A stretch of DNA of 64,000 nt from the human T2T-CHM13v2.0 reference genome, Homo sapiens (GCF_009914755.1 NC_060937.1); one strand, 5' to 3'. Shown: positions 42,668 through 59,852, counted from the stretch's first letter. The notes: generated by a model from the sequence alone, not told the origin. Numbers and translations are program-made.

Positions 42668-45600
42668 TGTGTGGGGCTAAAGATTCTGCCTTATAAATAG
42701 GCTGCCTAGATAATTCTTTTCCACAATGAAGACGGATTATTCTTATCGTAGGCTCTTGATAAATGTTTGTTGATTTATTGATATGGACATTTGTGCCTTG
42801 GAAACAAGATTTAGGTCAATGACTCATTCTTTATGGTCAGTAGTTTTCAGAGAGGAACATACTCCCAAGATTACTTTTCTCAGGTACAGCCTAAATATAG
42901 CCTCAACTTTATTCACTGAAATCACCAAAAATTATTGCTTAACCTTCTTTAAAAATATTTTTCCATATTCTACTCAGCTGTTTCTTTATACCCACATTAG
43001 GAGGAGCCTTCTGCTTCTGGTATAGTCTGGTTTTGTGCACGTGTGAGATGGTGACTGTGATGGAAATGATGTGTATGTCCTGATCTGCAGAGGACTCAGG
43101 ATATGTAAGAAAGTTTGCCCAATCATTGTCAACCTGAGGACAGTTCTCAGGGGACCAGGGAGGTTTTAGAGAAAAGCTGCTTTGTTACAATTAAAAGTTG
43201 TGGAGAAGTTTTTGACTACATCTGGATAGTATTTACAATGACTAGCATCAACAGGGCGTCAATCAGAGCTGCTGGGATTGAAATCTATTGTGTTGGAATT
43301 ATTATAAAAAGCAAGAGAATATAGAGTGATACGGACCCAGAGAGTTATACTCTCAGCTCTCTGCAGAACTATTAGCTTGTCAATAAAAAAAATTTGATCC
43401 ATTTTTCCTTTATAACAATATCCAGCCAAACACAGCTCCCAAACTTTGGCCCCAAATCAAAAGTAATGACTCATTCTATCCCAAACAACTTCAGTGTATG
43501 CCAATCCAACATGCAGGCCATATGTGAAATGAACTAGTTCTGGCATAGACATTGAGCAATGTCAAGCTGACCTTATGTGTGGTTACTATAGCATTATGAA
43601 ACAAAATGCTACCCTGCAATGCCCCCATAAAAACAGAATTCTCTAAGGTCCAATTATATGTCAACCTGTCTCCACAAAAATTGATTACAAAATGAATAAC
43701 CCAGAAATCACAATAATAAAGTATTTTCCAGGGGCCTGTCTTCTTTAGTTGAATTGGAAGACCCATTAATTGTCAAGAAGAAAGTCCATCAGAATGGTCG
43801 AACTCTAATAATACTCAGGATCCAGATCTGCAAAATTCCAAATTATGTCAATGAAATCCCACGGATCCTCTCTAATAAATATCAACTTTATGCCTTGAAA
43901 TAAAGACTCTAGTTTTATACAATAGTCATAAGAATGTCTGGGCAGAATACACCCTTTTGCCCAGATAAATCAGTGTCACAAATAATTATATGTAACTAGA
44001 ATTGCTCATTGTTTAGGAAGTTCTAGCCTCAGTTTTATTCTTTCTGTAGATGGAATCCATTTGAAGAGCTTTTTTCTCACTCCCTTTCTCTTCCAGGGAA
44101 TGCTTTCTGCCAGTGTGCGTTTCTTATATAACATTTATGTGCCCCAAGAGGGCACTGATCATCTGACTATATTGGCATACAGCATACACTATAAGCATGC
44201 AGATATGATGAAGATTTTGCCAATTAATGTTTCCAAGTTGTGGGAGATTTTCTGCTGTGTCCTTGGCCTTCTAGGCTGGCCTAGAGCATGACTTTTGTGT
44301 CCTCTCTACTGACTTAATTATTCCAAGGGAAGATTTCAGGGGGAATTGCAGAGTATTTATGACTGCTCCAGATGTACCAGAAGGCCAGAGGGCTCCTAGA
44401 ATCATTCAGTGCATGAGAATTCTTCAGAAAAGTGTAGCCCCAGCACCAGGAAATCCTTTTTCTCTATTCTGATCCAGAGCAGTTTTGTCCCTACCACAGT
44501 CTGTATCTAGATTCCAGAAGCTTCAGGGGAGCTCTTTATGGACGCAAGATTCAGGTATCTACAAAGTATGAATGACCAAACTCAATGAGTAGATAGGATC
44601 ATTTAGTGGCAGGCAGAAACTGCAGCTTTTGGCAGGATCCATTTTGCTGGTCTTGGAAACTCTTTCCCATTGTGGCATTCTTTTGGAGGATTATCCTCTT
44701 TTGGAGGATTATACAAAAGAGTAGAAGTATATAGATGTTTTGGAAGTGGGTTTGGCAAGGAAATCACATCTGTTGCCAAACTGTCATTAAGAATAATAAA
44801 ATAAAATATTGAGAAAGGTAGCAAGGTAATGGATAACTGAAGGGAAAGTTAAACTCCTAAGTTTATTTTAATCACTTAAGTCTCTGGCCTCCCTTCTACC
44901 TAAATATTCTCATATATTGATTCAAAATAAGTGTCACCCCCTGTTTCTCTTTTGCTCTACTCCTAACTTCAAATGCTAATATTAGTAAACTAGTTCAAAA
45001 GACCAACAGTGAGGGGAAAAGTCTTGGAAAATTTAGAATTGGTTGTATATGCTTTTTATTGGAGATCCTGACTAATATTTTTCTTTCTAACACACTTGAT
45101 TTAACTAATTTTATATAGTTTTTTGTGATACCAAAGACATCAGCAGGCATAGCATGTTATAAATGTAATCTTCCTACCTACTCCCATTAATGTACTGCAT
45201 ATAAAGCACATCATTTAAAAATATTTGAAGTAGCCAACTGAAAAAAGTACATGTATGTGTATACATATATAAATAAAACCTAATAACTACTTAGAAAACA
45301 TTTTAAATGAACTGTGTTCTCCAATTAAAACATAAAAGAAGCAGCTATCTCTAGTGAAAGGAAGGAAATAAAAAAATAGAGACTGGTTCCCATTTTTTTA
45401 ACCTTCAAGTGGACAGAATTCTTCCTACTTAAAGAGGGAAAAGTTTACTGCAGATCATTAATTGCTTTGTTCATACCCTAAAAGCATTATAGGGAAAAAT
45501 CACACCTTGGTCACACTGAGTGACAGAGAAACAGTTGTCAGACTTGGACATGTTTTCCAATAGAAGAAAAATCCAGTTACCAACTACATATGGGTTCGTT

Positions 45601-45885
45601 TTGGGTTCCTGGAACTGATAGCACATCAGCATGTCTTCTGAGACTCATGCATGGCATGTTATTACAGCTGTATATCATCAGAGCAAAAAAAAAATAATTG
45701 GTTTTCCTGGGAGTATCTCTAAGTTGATGTCATATTCAATAACCCTGTAGTTGAAAAATCTATATATGATGGATGGACTCTGGACTGTCTTTTGAATTTA
45801 ATTCCTCATGTGCCAGCTTCTCTAGGTCCTGTTGTACCTGTCATTTTTAGGTGAGCACATGCAGTATTTACAAAATGCACCCAGG

Positions 45886-46255
<370 letters not shown>

Positions 46256-47070
46256 TCATTCTTCAGTCTTAACCATGCCACCATGGAGCCAGTCTCACCT
46301 GGCAACCCCACACTGGGGTCAGTGCCAAGGTGCAGCTTGAATCAGTTCTGTGCATCACAGCATGAGGGTGGTGGCTTCCCTTCCTCTGAATTTGAGGGCT
46401 TCAAAGACAGCCTTAAACATACAGGCATCTAAGATGGGCTTCCATGCACACTGCCGGCACATCCTCATCAAGAATTCTTCCTCGTGAAAATAAGTAAGAC
46501 ATCTGGATCCACTGAGGATGCTTCTTTTGTTCATCCTGGACAAAAGGATCCATACTTGGACAGGGAAGCCTGAAGCCGATTGTCCTGGATTAGCCTAGCA
46601 TCAGTACCCTGCATGGCCCTATTTGTCAGCATTGCAGGTCTAGCCTTGGGAGTGACTTTAGGATGTGGCCTCTGCTAAGGGGCTTAGAGTTTAATCTCAG
46701 GGTTCAAAGCTGCTCTTGAGCCTGGGGATATGGCTTGGTTTGGAACTAGATGCAACCTGGCCTCCAGTTGGAAGTGACATGCCCAAGCTTTGAAATTCAG
46801 ATTTGTAACATGTGAGATGCAACTTAGCGTATTCTTGAACTCAGTTTCATGTCTGACAATCAGTTAATATATACAGTTACAGAAAGGCAAAACCCCCATT
46901 AGTTTGTATGCCACTAATTTGAAATGTATGTAATATAATCTTGATGAAATTAATCTCACCTTTTACCAGAAGGCAATGCTGTTTAAATTAATAAGTTAAT
47001 AACTAAAATATTAAGTTAATTACCTAATAATTATTTAAGAGAACAGATGAAGAAAACAGAATTTCCTTAC

Positions 47071-47173
47071 CTATTAGCAGAGCTTCTTTCTCTGATTTTA
47101 AGCCTTGGCTTCTTTTCTCAATATTGTTCTCTCGGTCTTGGTTGACTAATGCAACTGTCAACACATTGATTTC
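47071..47173 (-). CDS. ENOX1: ENOX1 third-last exon (EINVLTVALVNQDRENNIEKRSQGLKSEKEALLI(G))
   Basis: Acceptor cttttaactttatag, donor TAG/gtaagg; 103 nt ending in phase 1 and completing a GGT codon with the next exon. Confidence 0.95.
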
Positions 47174-50100
47174 CTATAAAGTTAAAAGCCAAAAACCATA
47201 TATGGGTTTATGTAGATTCTGTGCATGTCAATAAAAAACACCAGATCTCTTAAACTCTATAAATAAGGTCATCACTTCTATTTATAACTAAAGATCAAAT
47301 CTTTTATACAATTGATCTATTTGCCCAAGAGTAGAAAAGTAATTATGTAAAGTTAGGCTCCTAGGTACTGCTCCCCGCATACCAAGTAATTCTCTGCACA
47401 AGTGGCAAATTTGGCACAAGTTATCTTAGATTTTTGTCCATGTTTTCATTAAACTCTGTTCATTAAAACTGTGTTTGATTATAGCTACTTTAACATGTTT
47501 TATTTCAAAGATGAATAATCTTTGGGAAAGCATACAGGAAACTGATTTATAATACCATGCTAAAAATTTCTGAGTGTGTGGAGAAATAGGGCCTATTGGG
47601 GAGCTAAGATAGAATTGTTAGAAGTGTTTTTAAATTGAGTAGGTATGGATCCTCATGAATAAATGCAAGAGGCAGATAAAGCAAAGCTTGGTAAATTCTT
47701 TTTTTTGAAAACTAAAAATGAAGAGTTGTACAACAAGCCAATAACACGTGAAACATTGAGGCTTGACTATTTTTAGTTCTTTCTGTAGTCTTTTACATTT
47801 AAAAACAGAGATGAAGATTTAACTCATATCATCCTAGACTTTTGATATTAGGACTCAAAATGGAGAGTGATTTAATGGAAAGTCAAATTAATGATCTGCA
47901 TAGATGACCTGCATATATGGGATAGTAGAATCATTAGGGAAGTTGAGTCTTACTGGAGGAAAGTTGCTCACTGAAAGATGGCTCCAAAGAAGGACTAGTA
48001 TATGAGCAGTGGTGGGGAACCTGCAGGGATGATAGAGAACAGGTACGGAGAGCCGAATGGACGAAGAATTCAGAAGGTTTGAACAAATGTGTTGACAGGT
48101 GTCCCTAGAACTGGAAGTGGTTATAGGAGAGATATTTAGATAGTTAGTACAAAGTAACAAAACTGGTCAGATCCAAGAGTACAGGAAGTATTGGGAGCAT
48201 GCCGAGCCTGCAAAAAGTGAAAACCACACCCGAAGGCATTCAAAGAAAAATAAACCCAGCACATGCCATCAAAACAGATCTTTGAGCTTAATTTAACTTA
48301 TGAGCTACCACTTTGTAATCCAGGGGTAATTAGAAATTGCCATGAAAGAAGGCTCTACTGAGAAATTGCAGTTGGTAATATCTGATAAGCATTTTAGAGG
48401 CTCCACTTAAGGTCCCACTTATTTGCTGAAGACCAAGTGATGAAGACTGAATGAGAAATGAAAATGGATAAGGTAAAGAATTGAGAAAATCACAGTGATG
48501 TGATGATATATCACAGGGAAGAACTTGGTTGGCTAGAGGGTATAACAGGCCTCAGGCTGATGGTAGGAAAATCCCAATAAGGACAGGAGTCAGAAAGAGT
48601 TTGGGGAGTGGTCTAAGCTAAGTCTGGAGCCAGCTGTACATCAAAGGTTACTAGAGATGAAAGATGCTCTTACAAATCAAAAACAGGATCTTGGGAGCAA
48701 GCCTCAATGGAAACACAATGAAGAATTTTAAAATAGAACAAATCCAAAGGCTTATTATGTAGATGGGATTAGAACATTTATAAAGAGGAATTGCAGGAAA
48801 GGAAATAGAAATTCCTGCTATGATAAAATAACATTTGGTACTTTCCGATTAGGCTGATTAGGCACTTTCTCCATTGGAACAGAGCAGGTCTGTGTGTACA
48901 CATCATCTTTCTAGGGTAGTGGGGTCAATGGGCCTGCTGAATTCTGTTAGTTGTATGCCCTAAGGACAAATAGGTCCCACAGGGACATGGCAGATGGACT
49001 TCCAGGCCTGGGAGGTTAAGATTGTTGAGCAGACGCAAGCTGAAGCTTTGTAAGGTCTCCCAAGAGAGGTGTAGGAAGAAAGTGGATGGAAGAACATTAA
49101 CTAGGATAATGATTGCATCATTAAAAAAATACAAAAAATGAACCCTGGAGCTGAGTGGAAATAATATCTCCAAGAGAGGGTGATCTGTTCACAGCCTGGA
49201 TGATAATTGGGGCCAAATGAAATTATTCAGAATGAGTTTAGCAGATAACAGGCCCACATTAATTGCCAAGACTGAGTGGTGTCCTGGGGCCATCACACAG
49301 TTGAAGATCCAGGTTCATTGAGGGAAATGGACTGTAGAGGGCAGGCAGATGTCAGGAGCCAGCAGAGAAAGGCAAGGGTGGAACAGACAGACCACCTGAG
49401 AATGCTGTTTTCTCCCCAGGTCCAAAAGTGGAGTCACATAGAAAGGGGGACTCTGAGCAAGGTTCAAAGAAATACTGCTGCATCAACAATGTCTACAAGG
49501 AGCCAGATAAGACCCAGTGACTCTTGCTTTGGTGATGTTTTAGGGTTGAAAAAATTAGTATGGAGAGATAAGAGTCTTAGGGTCACCATTCTGTGGAAGT
49601 ATTTCTTGAGATTGGATACTGGAGTGTGTGCTCTGCTGACCACAAATGGTGTGTTCTCATGCAGTCATGGCCAGTGACTGGAGTGGACACATCTCTCTGC
49701 ATGGCTCCCACAACAGTCCAGCAGGCCTTGGCTTGATGGACACCTAAGGCTTGGCAGACATCTCAGCTTTTGGGGACATCTGTGAGTTTTGTCCAGGTTG
49801 GAGATGGAGCTGTTTTTCTGACTCCTCTAGGAGGCAGAAGAACTATGCTGGAAGTGGTACAGTATCATTGAAGCTGATCAGGCAGGCTCCAAGGAATGCT
49901 TGCTTGCATCTTATAATAAACTGGCCTCAAGAATCTCCAAAAGGGAAAACATCATTTCCATTAGAGTCAAGGGTGTGTCCAAGCATATTAAATAGTCTAT
50001 AGCATAGCATTGAGTGAAGTGGACCAACTTGTGACCACTCAAAAGAGTCACTACTGACTAAGCTCCAGATGCTAAGCCTGCCTTGGGCATGGTATAAGCT

Positions 50101-53100
50101 CAGGCTCTTGCTGACAAAGTCACAGAGCTAATTAGATGGGTGAATGCTTATGTCATCCATTTTGCCAAAGAGAACAGTTAAAGTTAATATAGCTGTGTTT
50201 CAAGGGATAGAAGACAGGATAGTGATTTTAGACAGCCACATTATATGTTGTAGTTTTACCTTTTCCAATTATTAGAAAAGGAGAGTTTTGTTTTAATGAC
50301 TCACTAATCATGGGTTCCTTAGAAAAATAAGGTTAATTTGATTTGTCTGTATTTATATTGGTATTGTTCAGTTGAACAAGATAAGGACAATTATCGATAA
50401 TCTCCAAGTATGGGGTAGTCTACAAAGTAGATATAAGCAACAACTGTACCCTCTCTCTTTGTTTTTATTTAATGTCTAGAAATCTAAGTTATCACATTTG
50501 TCAAAAGAGCTCCATCATCATGATTGGTTAAGGCAAAGGGAATACACAGAGAGAATGTGGAATTAATTAATTCCCAAACCAATTCCCTGTTGCACTTAAG
50601 CTAAGCCTGTTTTTACTTTCAGCCACCAAATAAATATTTCTGCTACATATATACATCACATGCCTACTATATGCCAAGAAGTTCTAAGTTTTTAAGGATA
50701 TGGCATTCAAACTGATCAGAAGTGCAAGCTTACCCAGGGACCAGCAAGCAATTCTTATAAAAGGTCTAAAAGAAAGAAATATGAGAAGATGAAGCTGGAG
50801 AAGTAGGTAGATCATGGTAAGAAGTGTAGATTTTATCTGGGAGGCTTAACAAGTGAAGAGTTTTCAGTTCTGCATTTTAGGACATTGGTTTGGAGGCAAA
50901 TGAAACTGGAGTCAGCCTACTGCAAAAATGTATCCATTTTTGCCTTTTGATGATGACAGTCAAAACCCATGCAGAGTGCAAACAGCATTTAAGAGGTGGA
51001 ACTAAAAAAAAAAATCTGGTGACCTGGTGGCTGATGAAAATATTGAGAACAAGTAGGTGGCTCAGTGAATAGGCAAATGGAGAAAGAAGCTAGTCTGGGA
51101 GAAGATTGTGTGTTCAGTTTTGGAAATGTTCAACTTAAGGTTTCTATAGCATCTTGTCAAAATATTTTGGAGGAAGTAGGATTAGCCAGGAAGTAGGATG
51201 TGCACGTTTCTGAACTTAGAAGCAAGGCTCTGACAGCTCTTTTTATGGGGCCTTTCTCTGGTTTTGTTTGCAGCAGGAAATCTTGATGTTTTCTTGTGGG
51301 ACAAAGAGCAGGCTTGCTTACACTTGATATAAAAAAGGTAGATTCCTAAGCTCAGTGTTTCTATCTTGTAACACAAACCACTGCATGTGCTGGCATCCTT
51401 CTGGACCCCTCTACGGAGATACTGAGGTTATAAGATCCATGAGAGTAGACTGGTGAAGCCAAAATTCTTCTGGGAACAGTCTCTCAGTGGGATTTCATAT
51501 TCTCTACACAGGACATTCCAACTTATCTTTTTAGTAATTGGGGAACACATAAGGACATTGAATCATAAATTACACATGGTTTTGCTCCTTTCTTAAAAAG
51601 TTCATGGTCCTTATTACTCTCTCCACCCCAAATCTCTAGAGAATGGAAAGGACCTTATCAGAATGGGAAAGTTTTATCATTAGAAACATAAAGTTATGAA
51701 GACCCTTTATCCTTTTATCACCTTAAAATCCTTTAGCCTGATAGATGCAACATGCCCAGAAGAATGATGAGTCTACCAGATATTCCAGAAAAGAGGTTCC
51801 AGATGCCTAGCAATTACAAAGTAGAAGTGAGTGAGTGGGGATGGAGTGGGAGGTGAGGAAGGTTACTATGTATGAATTGTTAGTGGTATACAAAGTACAC
51901 AGCGGGACGGGAACATTAGGATGGAGATCAAGAGTTTCCTCTCAGTGAGATCTATTGGATTATGAAGTAGTCTCCCAAAGGAAGTGGGAAGAACACAGTA
52001 AAAGCACACCAGACTAGAAAATGCACTGCAGCTAACAATTCTGCACTTGACATGAGATTGGAGATTACCTAATAAATCTTTTCTCAGCCTACCTTTTAAC
52101 TCTAATTTCTGTGATACGTAGAAGGAATCATTAAAGGGCTGGAGAAGAGGTTTTCAGTAACTGGAAACTAGATGTCACAGACTTTTTAAAAGACTTCTTA
52201 AAGAGTTAGATACTTGAAGGCAGAAATTTCCCTTCTAAGAGTCCTCATCACTTACTTTGAGAAATGATCAAAGTAATTTATCATTTAGAGGAGCTCTTTT
52301 TCAATAGCTTATTGAGCTAGAATCATGCTTTGTTATTTTGTTTTTGTTTCTCTCCACCTACCCAAGCCCCTAAGGACCAAGAAAATGGCTTCCCTGCCTT
52401 ATAAAATCCTTCTGCTACTGCTTTCACTTAATTATTCCTGTGGCTTCCTTACCTTTAGGGCTGTTTTCTTTCTGTTGCAAAGCTTCTTGAATACATGTTG
52501 TCCACCTGTGTCTACTGCCTCATCATCTGAAATCTCAGCTTTTTCATCAGTCACTCCAACAAATCTACTCTGAGATATTTCCAGTGACCCTCTTCTTGCC
52601 AAATGATTATTTTCCCAGTCCTCTTACCATGTGATATTTGACACCCTTGACATTGGCCCCTCTTAAACCATCTGCCTCACATCTGCTACACAGGAGGTCC
52701 TGGTCTTTTTCCTGTTAATTTCCTGTTTAGTCTTCACTGGCTTTTTTGTTTCCTCTGCTGACCCAGTGAATGTAAAGAAGAGGCTACTCTCTTCCTCCTC
52801 TTCTCTAGCTTTGGCCCTTGCCAAAGTGTGCTCCCCAATTTTTCTTACCTGTTCCCTTTCTTTCATTCTCGTGGGTTCAGCTATGATCAATCTTAATTCT
52901 TTAAGCTTCTGTTCTTTACCACCAACTGACCACTGGGCTTGTCTGCCTGAATTTACCAATGCCCAGTTCAAATTCAGAATGAGAGGTGGCCATGAGGCAG
53001 TGGAAGAGACACTAAATACTTGGGTTTCAGCCTTGGCTCTTCCTCCAGCAGCCAGGTGACCTTGGCAAATTACTCAACATCTTCAAGACCCAGATCACTT

Positions 53101-53224
53101 GTCTAAAAATGAGGGGCTGGGTAGGGCCAATCATCTTTGAATAGTACTTGATGGAACCTCATTAGCTTTATAGAGGTGACATGGATGGTCCAAGGGGACA
53201 CATCTCTGGAATTCTACTCTTTCA

Positions 53225-53642
<418 letters not shown>

Positions 53643-53902
53643 TTATGACTAAAACCCAGTTCATCTCACTCGTCAAACTGCATCCTCTTCTAACTTTTCT
53701 GTTTTTATTAAAGTCAGCATCATTCTTCCACTTGCTGGCGCTCAAACCCTCATTTTGTCTTTGATTCATTCTCTACTATCCCCTAAGTGCTTTTAAGATG
53801 TCTCTAAATCCAAATTCTCTCAAGTGTCTGTGAGATGTCTCTCCTGCTGCATTCCCATTTCCACTAGTGCTCTACTCTCGGTTCTACGTGTTTCATACTT
53901 TG

Positions 53903-54022
53903 TTTTAGGGATGCGGTCTCACTATGTTGAGCAGGCTGGTCTTGAACTCCTGGCCTGAAGCGATCCTCTTGCCTCAGCTTCCCAAAGCACTGGGATTACA
54001 GGCATGAGCCACTGCACCTGGC
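53903..54022 (-). mobile_element. Alu left monomer (FLAM/AluJ fragment)
   Basis: ggtctcactatgttg...caggctggtcttgaactcctggcct...gagccactgcacctgg. Confidence 0.85.
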
Positions 54023-56089
54023 AGATTTCACACCTTGACCATTTTAACCGCTGCAGGAACCTCCTACTTTGTCTCTGCCTCTAGGCTCTTCCTCTTCCAG
54101 TCTATCTTACATAATACCACCAGGTCAATTTTCTAATATGTGACTTTTATCTCATCTATCTCTGGTTAAAACTTCAGATGCTTTCTGATAACCTACAGGA
54201 AAAAGTCAGATGCTGCTGCTTGGCATTTTGGGCTTACTCCTATCAAACTAGCATATCTTCTTTCTATGCTATGTCCAGAAATGCTCTTGGAAAGCTCTCT
54301 CCTCCTTGCCTTGCCACTTCCTACTTACATTTTACACACAGCACAAGTCCTGTATCTCCCAGAGGCATCTGTTTCAGGCCACTTGCAAGGCTTCCTTATC
54401 TGCACACATTTCCTACGCCACTTATATGGCAGTTCATCACTTATACATCACATTTCACCTATTTGTTTCCTCCACAAAACCACTGCCTTCTTTAGACAGT
54501 AATCACATCTAAGCAAGTGAGGCAGAATGGCCGAATGGAAGCTGTGTTCTAAATCTGTCACATTATTTACATACTAGATAACTTTAGGCAGGGCATTTCT
54601 CTAAGCCTTAACTTTCTTTAATGAAAAACATGGATAATACCATGTGCCTCTTCCCCATGGTTGCTGTGAGGACCAAATATAAGTGAGACAGCGCTTTCAA
54701 AAACTATAAATTTCTAGGAATAGATTGTGGCATGATTATTACAACCATTACTCACTTTTATGATTCACAGGATTGATTGTATATGGAACAAGTGTTAATA
54801 TATACTTGGGGTACTGAATCCATGCAACAATTCTGTATAAGACTTTGACTACAATTATATAAAAATATTTATGCAAAAATAACTGTGGTTGTATTCAAAA
54901 ATAGTGGATATTTTCTATTTTCTCTATTTTTCTGTCAGTGTTGTTGTTATTATCCTTATAAGTAAAGAAAGAAAAAGAAACCAATGATATACAGTTGTTG
55001 TTTTGAAGAGCTATAGGTAAGGACAGCCAGTTGCTGAATACTTAATTAAGTAACATACTGAGTGACATCACCCACACCCTAAATAGAGAAACCACCGCCA
55101 TGTGACTTCCCCTATGACCCTCCAAGGGCTGGCGGCCTCCATAGCTGCTAGTGCAAGATGAGTGGGACAGTCGACAAGATCTATGTGGTAAAGATTCTCC
55201 ATGTCACCCCGGACTCTGCCAGCAGCATACCACAAGGCTCGTTTTCCTTCCCTGCCTGCTTGTTCCATGGCCTTCTTGTGCTGTTGGCTCAGTTCTGCTA
55301 ATTGCTCATAGGCCCTACTCTTAAACATCACACTTCATGAAATCGGGGGCCCTATAGATAATTGTCAAGATGTGTATCAGCTACATTCTTATCCTTTACT
55401 CACATTTTGCAAAGTTTCAAAAGCAATCCATCAAATGATGTGCCAGTTGCCAATAACCTTCAAATTATTCCTTATATGATTAGAACTGTGGTTGGGGGAG
55501 GATGGAGAATGGAGATATCCCTTCACACTTTCCTTTATGGGCACATAGCAGGTGCCCAGTGGCTGATAAATGAAAGAATGAGCCTCAAACAATGGCCTGG
55601 AATATTGAAAACATGATGATTTGGACATAGAAGACACTGGTTCTATTTGCCGCTGGCCTGCTGTGTTTCTTTGTTTCATTTTTGCTGTTTGTACAAAGAC
55701 AGGATTGAAGTGGATGACCTCCACAGTGTCTTCCTGCTCCCTGATTCCATGCCTGCTCTGTGCCCTTTTCCCTGACTTGGACCTTCCCTTCAGATTCAGG
55801 TAGCCAGCTTGGTACAGACCATATAAACTTATCCTTTATTTCTGATGCCAGTAAGAATTAGAGAGGAAAGAGGAAGCAGAGTGAGAAAAACAATAAAAAA
55901 CCAAATGGATGAGGAAAGGATTGATGAGCATGAGTGACTAAGCTTTAGAATTTTTTATGGTTTCTTATGGGAACATAAGAATGCATCCATCCCCCAATAG
56001 TGAGCAGGATCGCAGGAATTTCCTGTGGGGCAGCAATCCCAAGGCCTTGCTGATCTAATCAGTTGTGAAATCTTGGCACTGCCCATCCC

Positions 56090-56167
56090 GAGGGTCGTGG
56101 GCTCTCACCACCTCTGCCCTTTCCCAGCAGCCTTTGATGGTCAAGGTCTGTATAAGGGGAGCCTCAG
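56090..56167 (+). repeat. 78-bp segment directly repeated at 57846-57923
   Basis: Ungapped manual alignment, 67/78 identical. Confidence 0.9.
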
Positions 56168-57450
56168 AGGCCCAATAGTTTTCAGCATCAGAGAGATAAT
56201 CTGAAAGCAGATGTGTGGGGCTCCAAGATGCAGTGATTCATCATGATGTGACCATATTTTACATTCTGAGATGTTCCACCTTATTGGGGTTCAATTGCCG
56301 GATCGGGAGCACATACATTATGTCTTTAGACAACTCCAAGAACCGTGTTTTCTAAGATTTCCAATTGCAAAGATTAAAATAGGCGAGAACTAGTTACGGC
56401 TCACACGAAGGACCCTTTAAAGAAAGATAAAAACTCAGTGTAGTTTACTGCCAGAGATATCCAGATACAGCATTTATCCTGGTGGCCTTCTTTCTAGGTC
56501 ATCTTTGGTTATATTTATTTAACAAACATCTGTACAGTACTTACTATATGCAGGAAGTGTTATAAGCACTTGACAAATATAAACTCAATTGTCATAAGTG
56601 CTCTTCGAAGTCAGGCTATTACATTCTTAATTTACAGGTTAAGAAAATGAAGAATAATGAGGCTAATGACTTGCCCAAGGTCACAAAACTAGTAAGAAGC
56701 AGACTCAGGATCTGAACCAATGCTGTCTTGCTCCAGAGTCCTAACCACTACACTAGGTTGCCGGTTGCGTGGATATTGAGTGCCTGTGGCGCTCTGTGAC
56801 CAAATCCCTCCTGAGGGCTGCCTATAGTCCTAGCTCACTCAGGAGCCAGCCAGGCTCCAGGCAGGCCTGGTGAGCTGTGGTTCTTGCATAAACATGAAAG
56901 GAAAGGGGAGCAGGGAGGAAGCCACCCATGGGCTGGCTGAGGAGCAGCATTAGCAGGGACTGAGGGGGCTGGCTGGCTGCTGCTGTTTGCGGGTGACGGA
57001 CTTCTTTAGTGTGACTTTTAACCACAGTCTGCAACAGGGAGGGATTTCAAAGGCAGAGTGCTGGGGCCAATGAAGAAGAAGAGGTGGGACACATGCTCTC
57101 TTGATTTGAAGGATGTGGGTAGGGGAAGGCCAAGGTCAGAGGAGCACTCCAAAAGACTGTGGTTGGGCCACATGCAGGATTGGCTGGGCAGGTGGAGAGG
57201 CTCAGGCAAGGAGGCCCCAGGTGCTTCTCCAGCCACACCCCAAGGATGTGGCAATAAGGTGGAACCACAGAGGTGACAGGAAGAGAAAGAAAAGGTGGAT
57301 AGAGAAGCCATTCGGAAGGAATGGAAAGAAGCCATTCTGAAGGAAGAATGGAAAGATTCTATGTGTGAAGCAGAGAGGGGCGAGCTAAAATCATTTAAAC
57401 AAGTCAGGTCTACACAGCTAGCAGAATATTGATACCAGAATCAGAGATCA

Positions 57451-57919
<469 letters not shown>

Positions 57920-57921
57920 TC

Positions 57922-58071
57922 AGGAGATTTTTCATGGTAGTACTTCAGGCTGTGAAGGGCGTGGACTTGAGTAGCTATAGCAGTGTGAGTTACATTTTCT
58001 ACATACTGAAGAGAAACAGCTATTTTTGAGATCAAGTGTATTTTTTCATTTGGTTATATCTACCGTGGCAT
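57922..58071 (+). repeat. Inverted repeat arm A
   Basis: Reverse complement of 59696-59852 with 5 substitutions and two small indels. Confidence 0.95.
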
Positions 58072-58179
58072 TCAGGCTGGGAATACCCCTTTCCAGCCTC
58101 TTGCACGGTCCCAGTGCACCTGTTGTCCCCACAGAAGTAGCAACAGTGCTGCCTTTCACCCTCAAAGACATCTGTTTGA

Positions 58180-58636
<457 letters not shown>

Positions 58637-59035
58637 GCAACTTATATTTTTAAAAGAAAAAATATAAATAGTAGACCCTCTAATATTACATCAAATGAAT
58701 TTGTTACTACATAGACAGGCCAGACCTCATGGGTGAAAATGACTGGCCATCATAAGGGTTTGGTCAGTACCCTGGGCCTGGAGTCAGCTAGAAGTCTATG
58801 AGGAATATATATGTATGGTGGATAGTGAAAAAAACTATGCAATCGCTTTGGACATTTTACAGCCTTTTGGTCCCTAAATACATTTATTGTAGTATCATTT
58901 TAAAATAACACAATTTCTTTAATCTCGTAGGCTGAAGGAGGTAAGGAAGTTAATTTTTCATTTGTATCTATTATCAATGCTTTCAATGTTTTAAGTATTA
59001 ACTTTTAATTTTTTTGGAGACCAAACCATAAGCTT

Positions 59036-59097
59036 ATAACCTTTTTTCCTTTCTTTTCCAAAATATATAACCTTTTCTCTTTCTTTTCCAAAATATA
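59036..59097 (+). repeat. Two-copy tandem duplication, period about 31 bp
   Basis: ataacctttt...ctttcttttccaaaatat twice. Confidence 0.85.
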
Positions 59098-59695
59098 AGA
59101 CATATTTTCTAGTTGACTTTCTTAGTAATAACCTTTGTTTTCTCATTACAAATAAAAATATGTATTCACTGTAGAAAATATACAAAGTAAAGATTAAAAA
59201 TTAACTGAAATTCTACTACCAAGATATAAATGCTATTAACATTCAGATATTTGCCTTTTATAGTTTATATATAACCCCCTCCCACATACATATAACATAT
59301 ATATGTGTTTGCATATACACATACATGTATATATTGTTGTTTAACTCTTATTTGAAAAATAGGATTATGATACATATATAGCCCCCAAGTAGAATATTCT
59401 ACATAAAGAACAGAGACTTTGATAGGAAAGGATCATTTCAATTTCTTAATGTTTCCCATTAAATACTAAGAGGATCACTGCTGCCTGGATCATAACTTAA
59501 TAATGACTATCACAGTTCACACCATGCTTAAATTGTGGTCTCAAGCTGGCAATGAAATGACTTTCTTTTGGTCTAGTTTTGTGACAGCCATGTTAAACAA
59601 AAATGATCTAAAAATGAGAAAAAAAAATTCCTTTGTATCCAGTAACCCCATTCATTATTTAAACTGTTGTAGTATTTTATTTTTAGTTTTACTAT

Positions 59696-59852
59696 ATGCC
59701 ACTGTAGACATAACCAAATGAAAAAATACACTTGATCTCAAAAATAGCTGTGTGTTTCTCTTCAGTATGTAGAAAATGTAACCCACACTGCTATAGCTAC
59801 TCAAGTCCACGCCCTTCACAGTCTGAAAAAGTACTAACATGAAAAATCTCCT
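59696..59852 (-). repeat. Inverted repeat arm B
   Basis: Reverse complement of 57922-58071; ORFs 57844+ and 59655- share VKGVDLSSYSSV.YIFYILKRN. Confidence 0.95.
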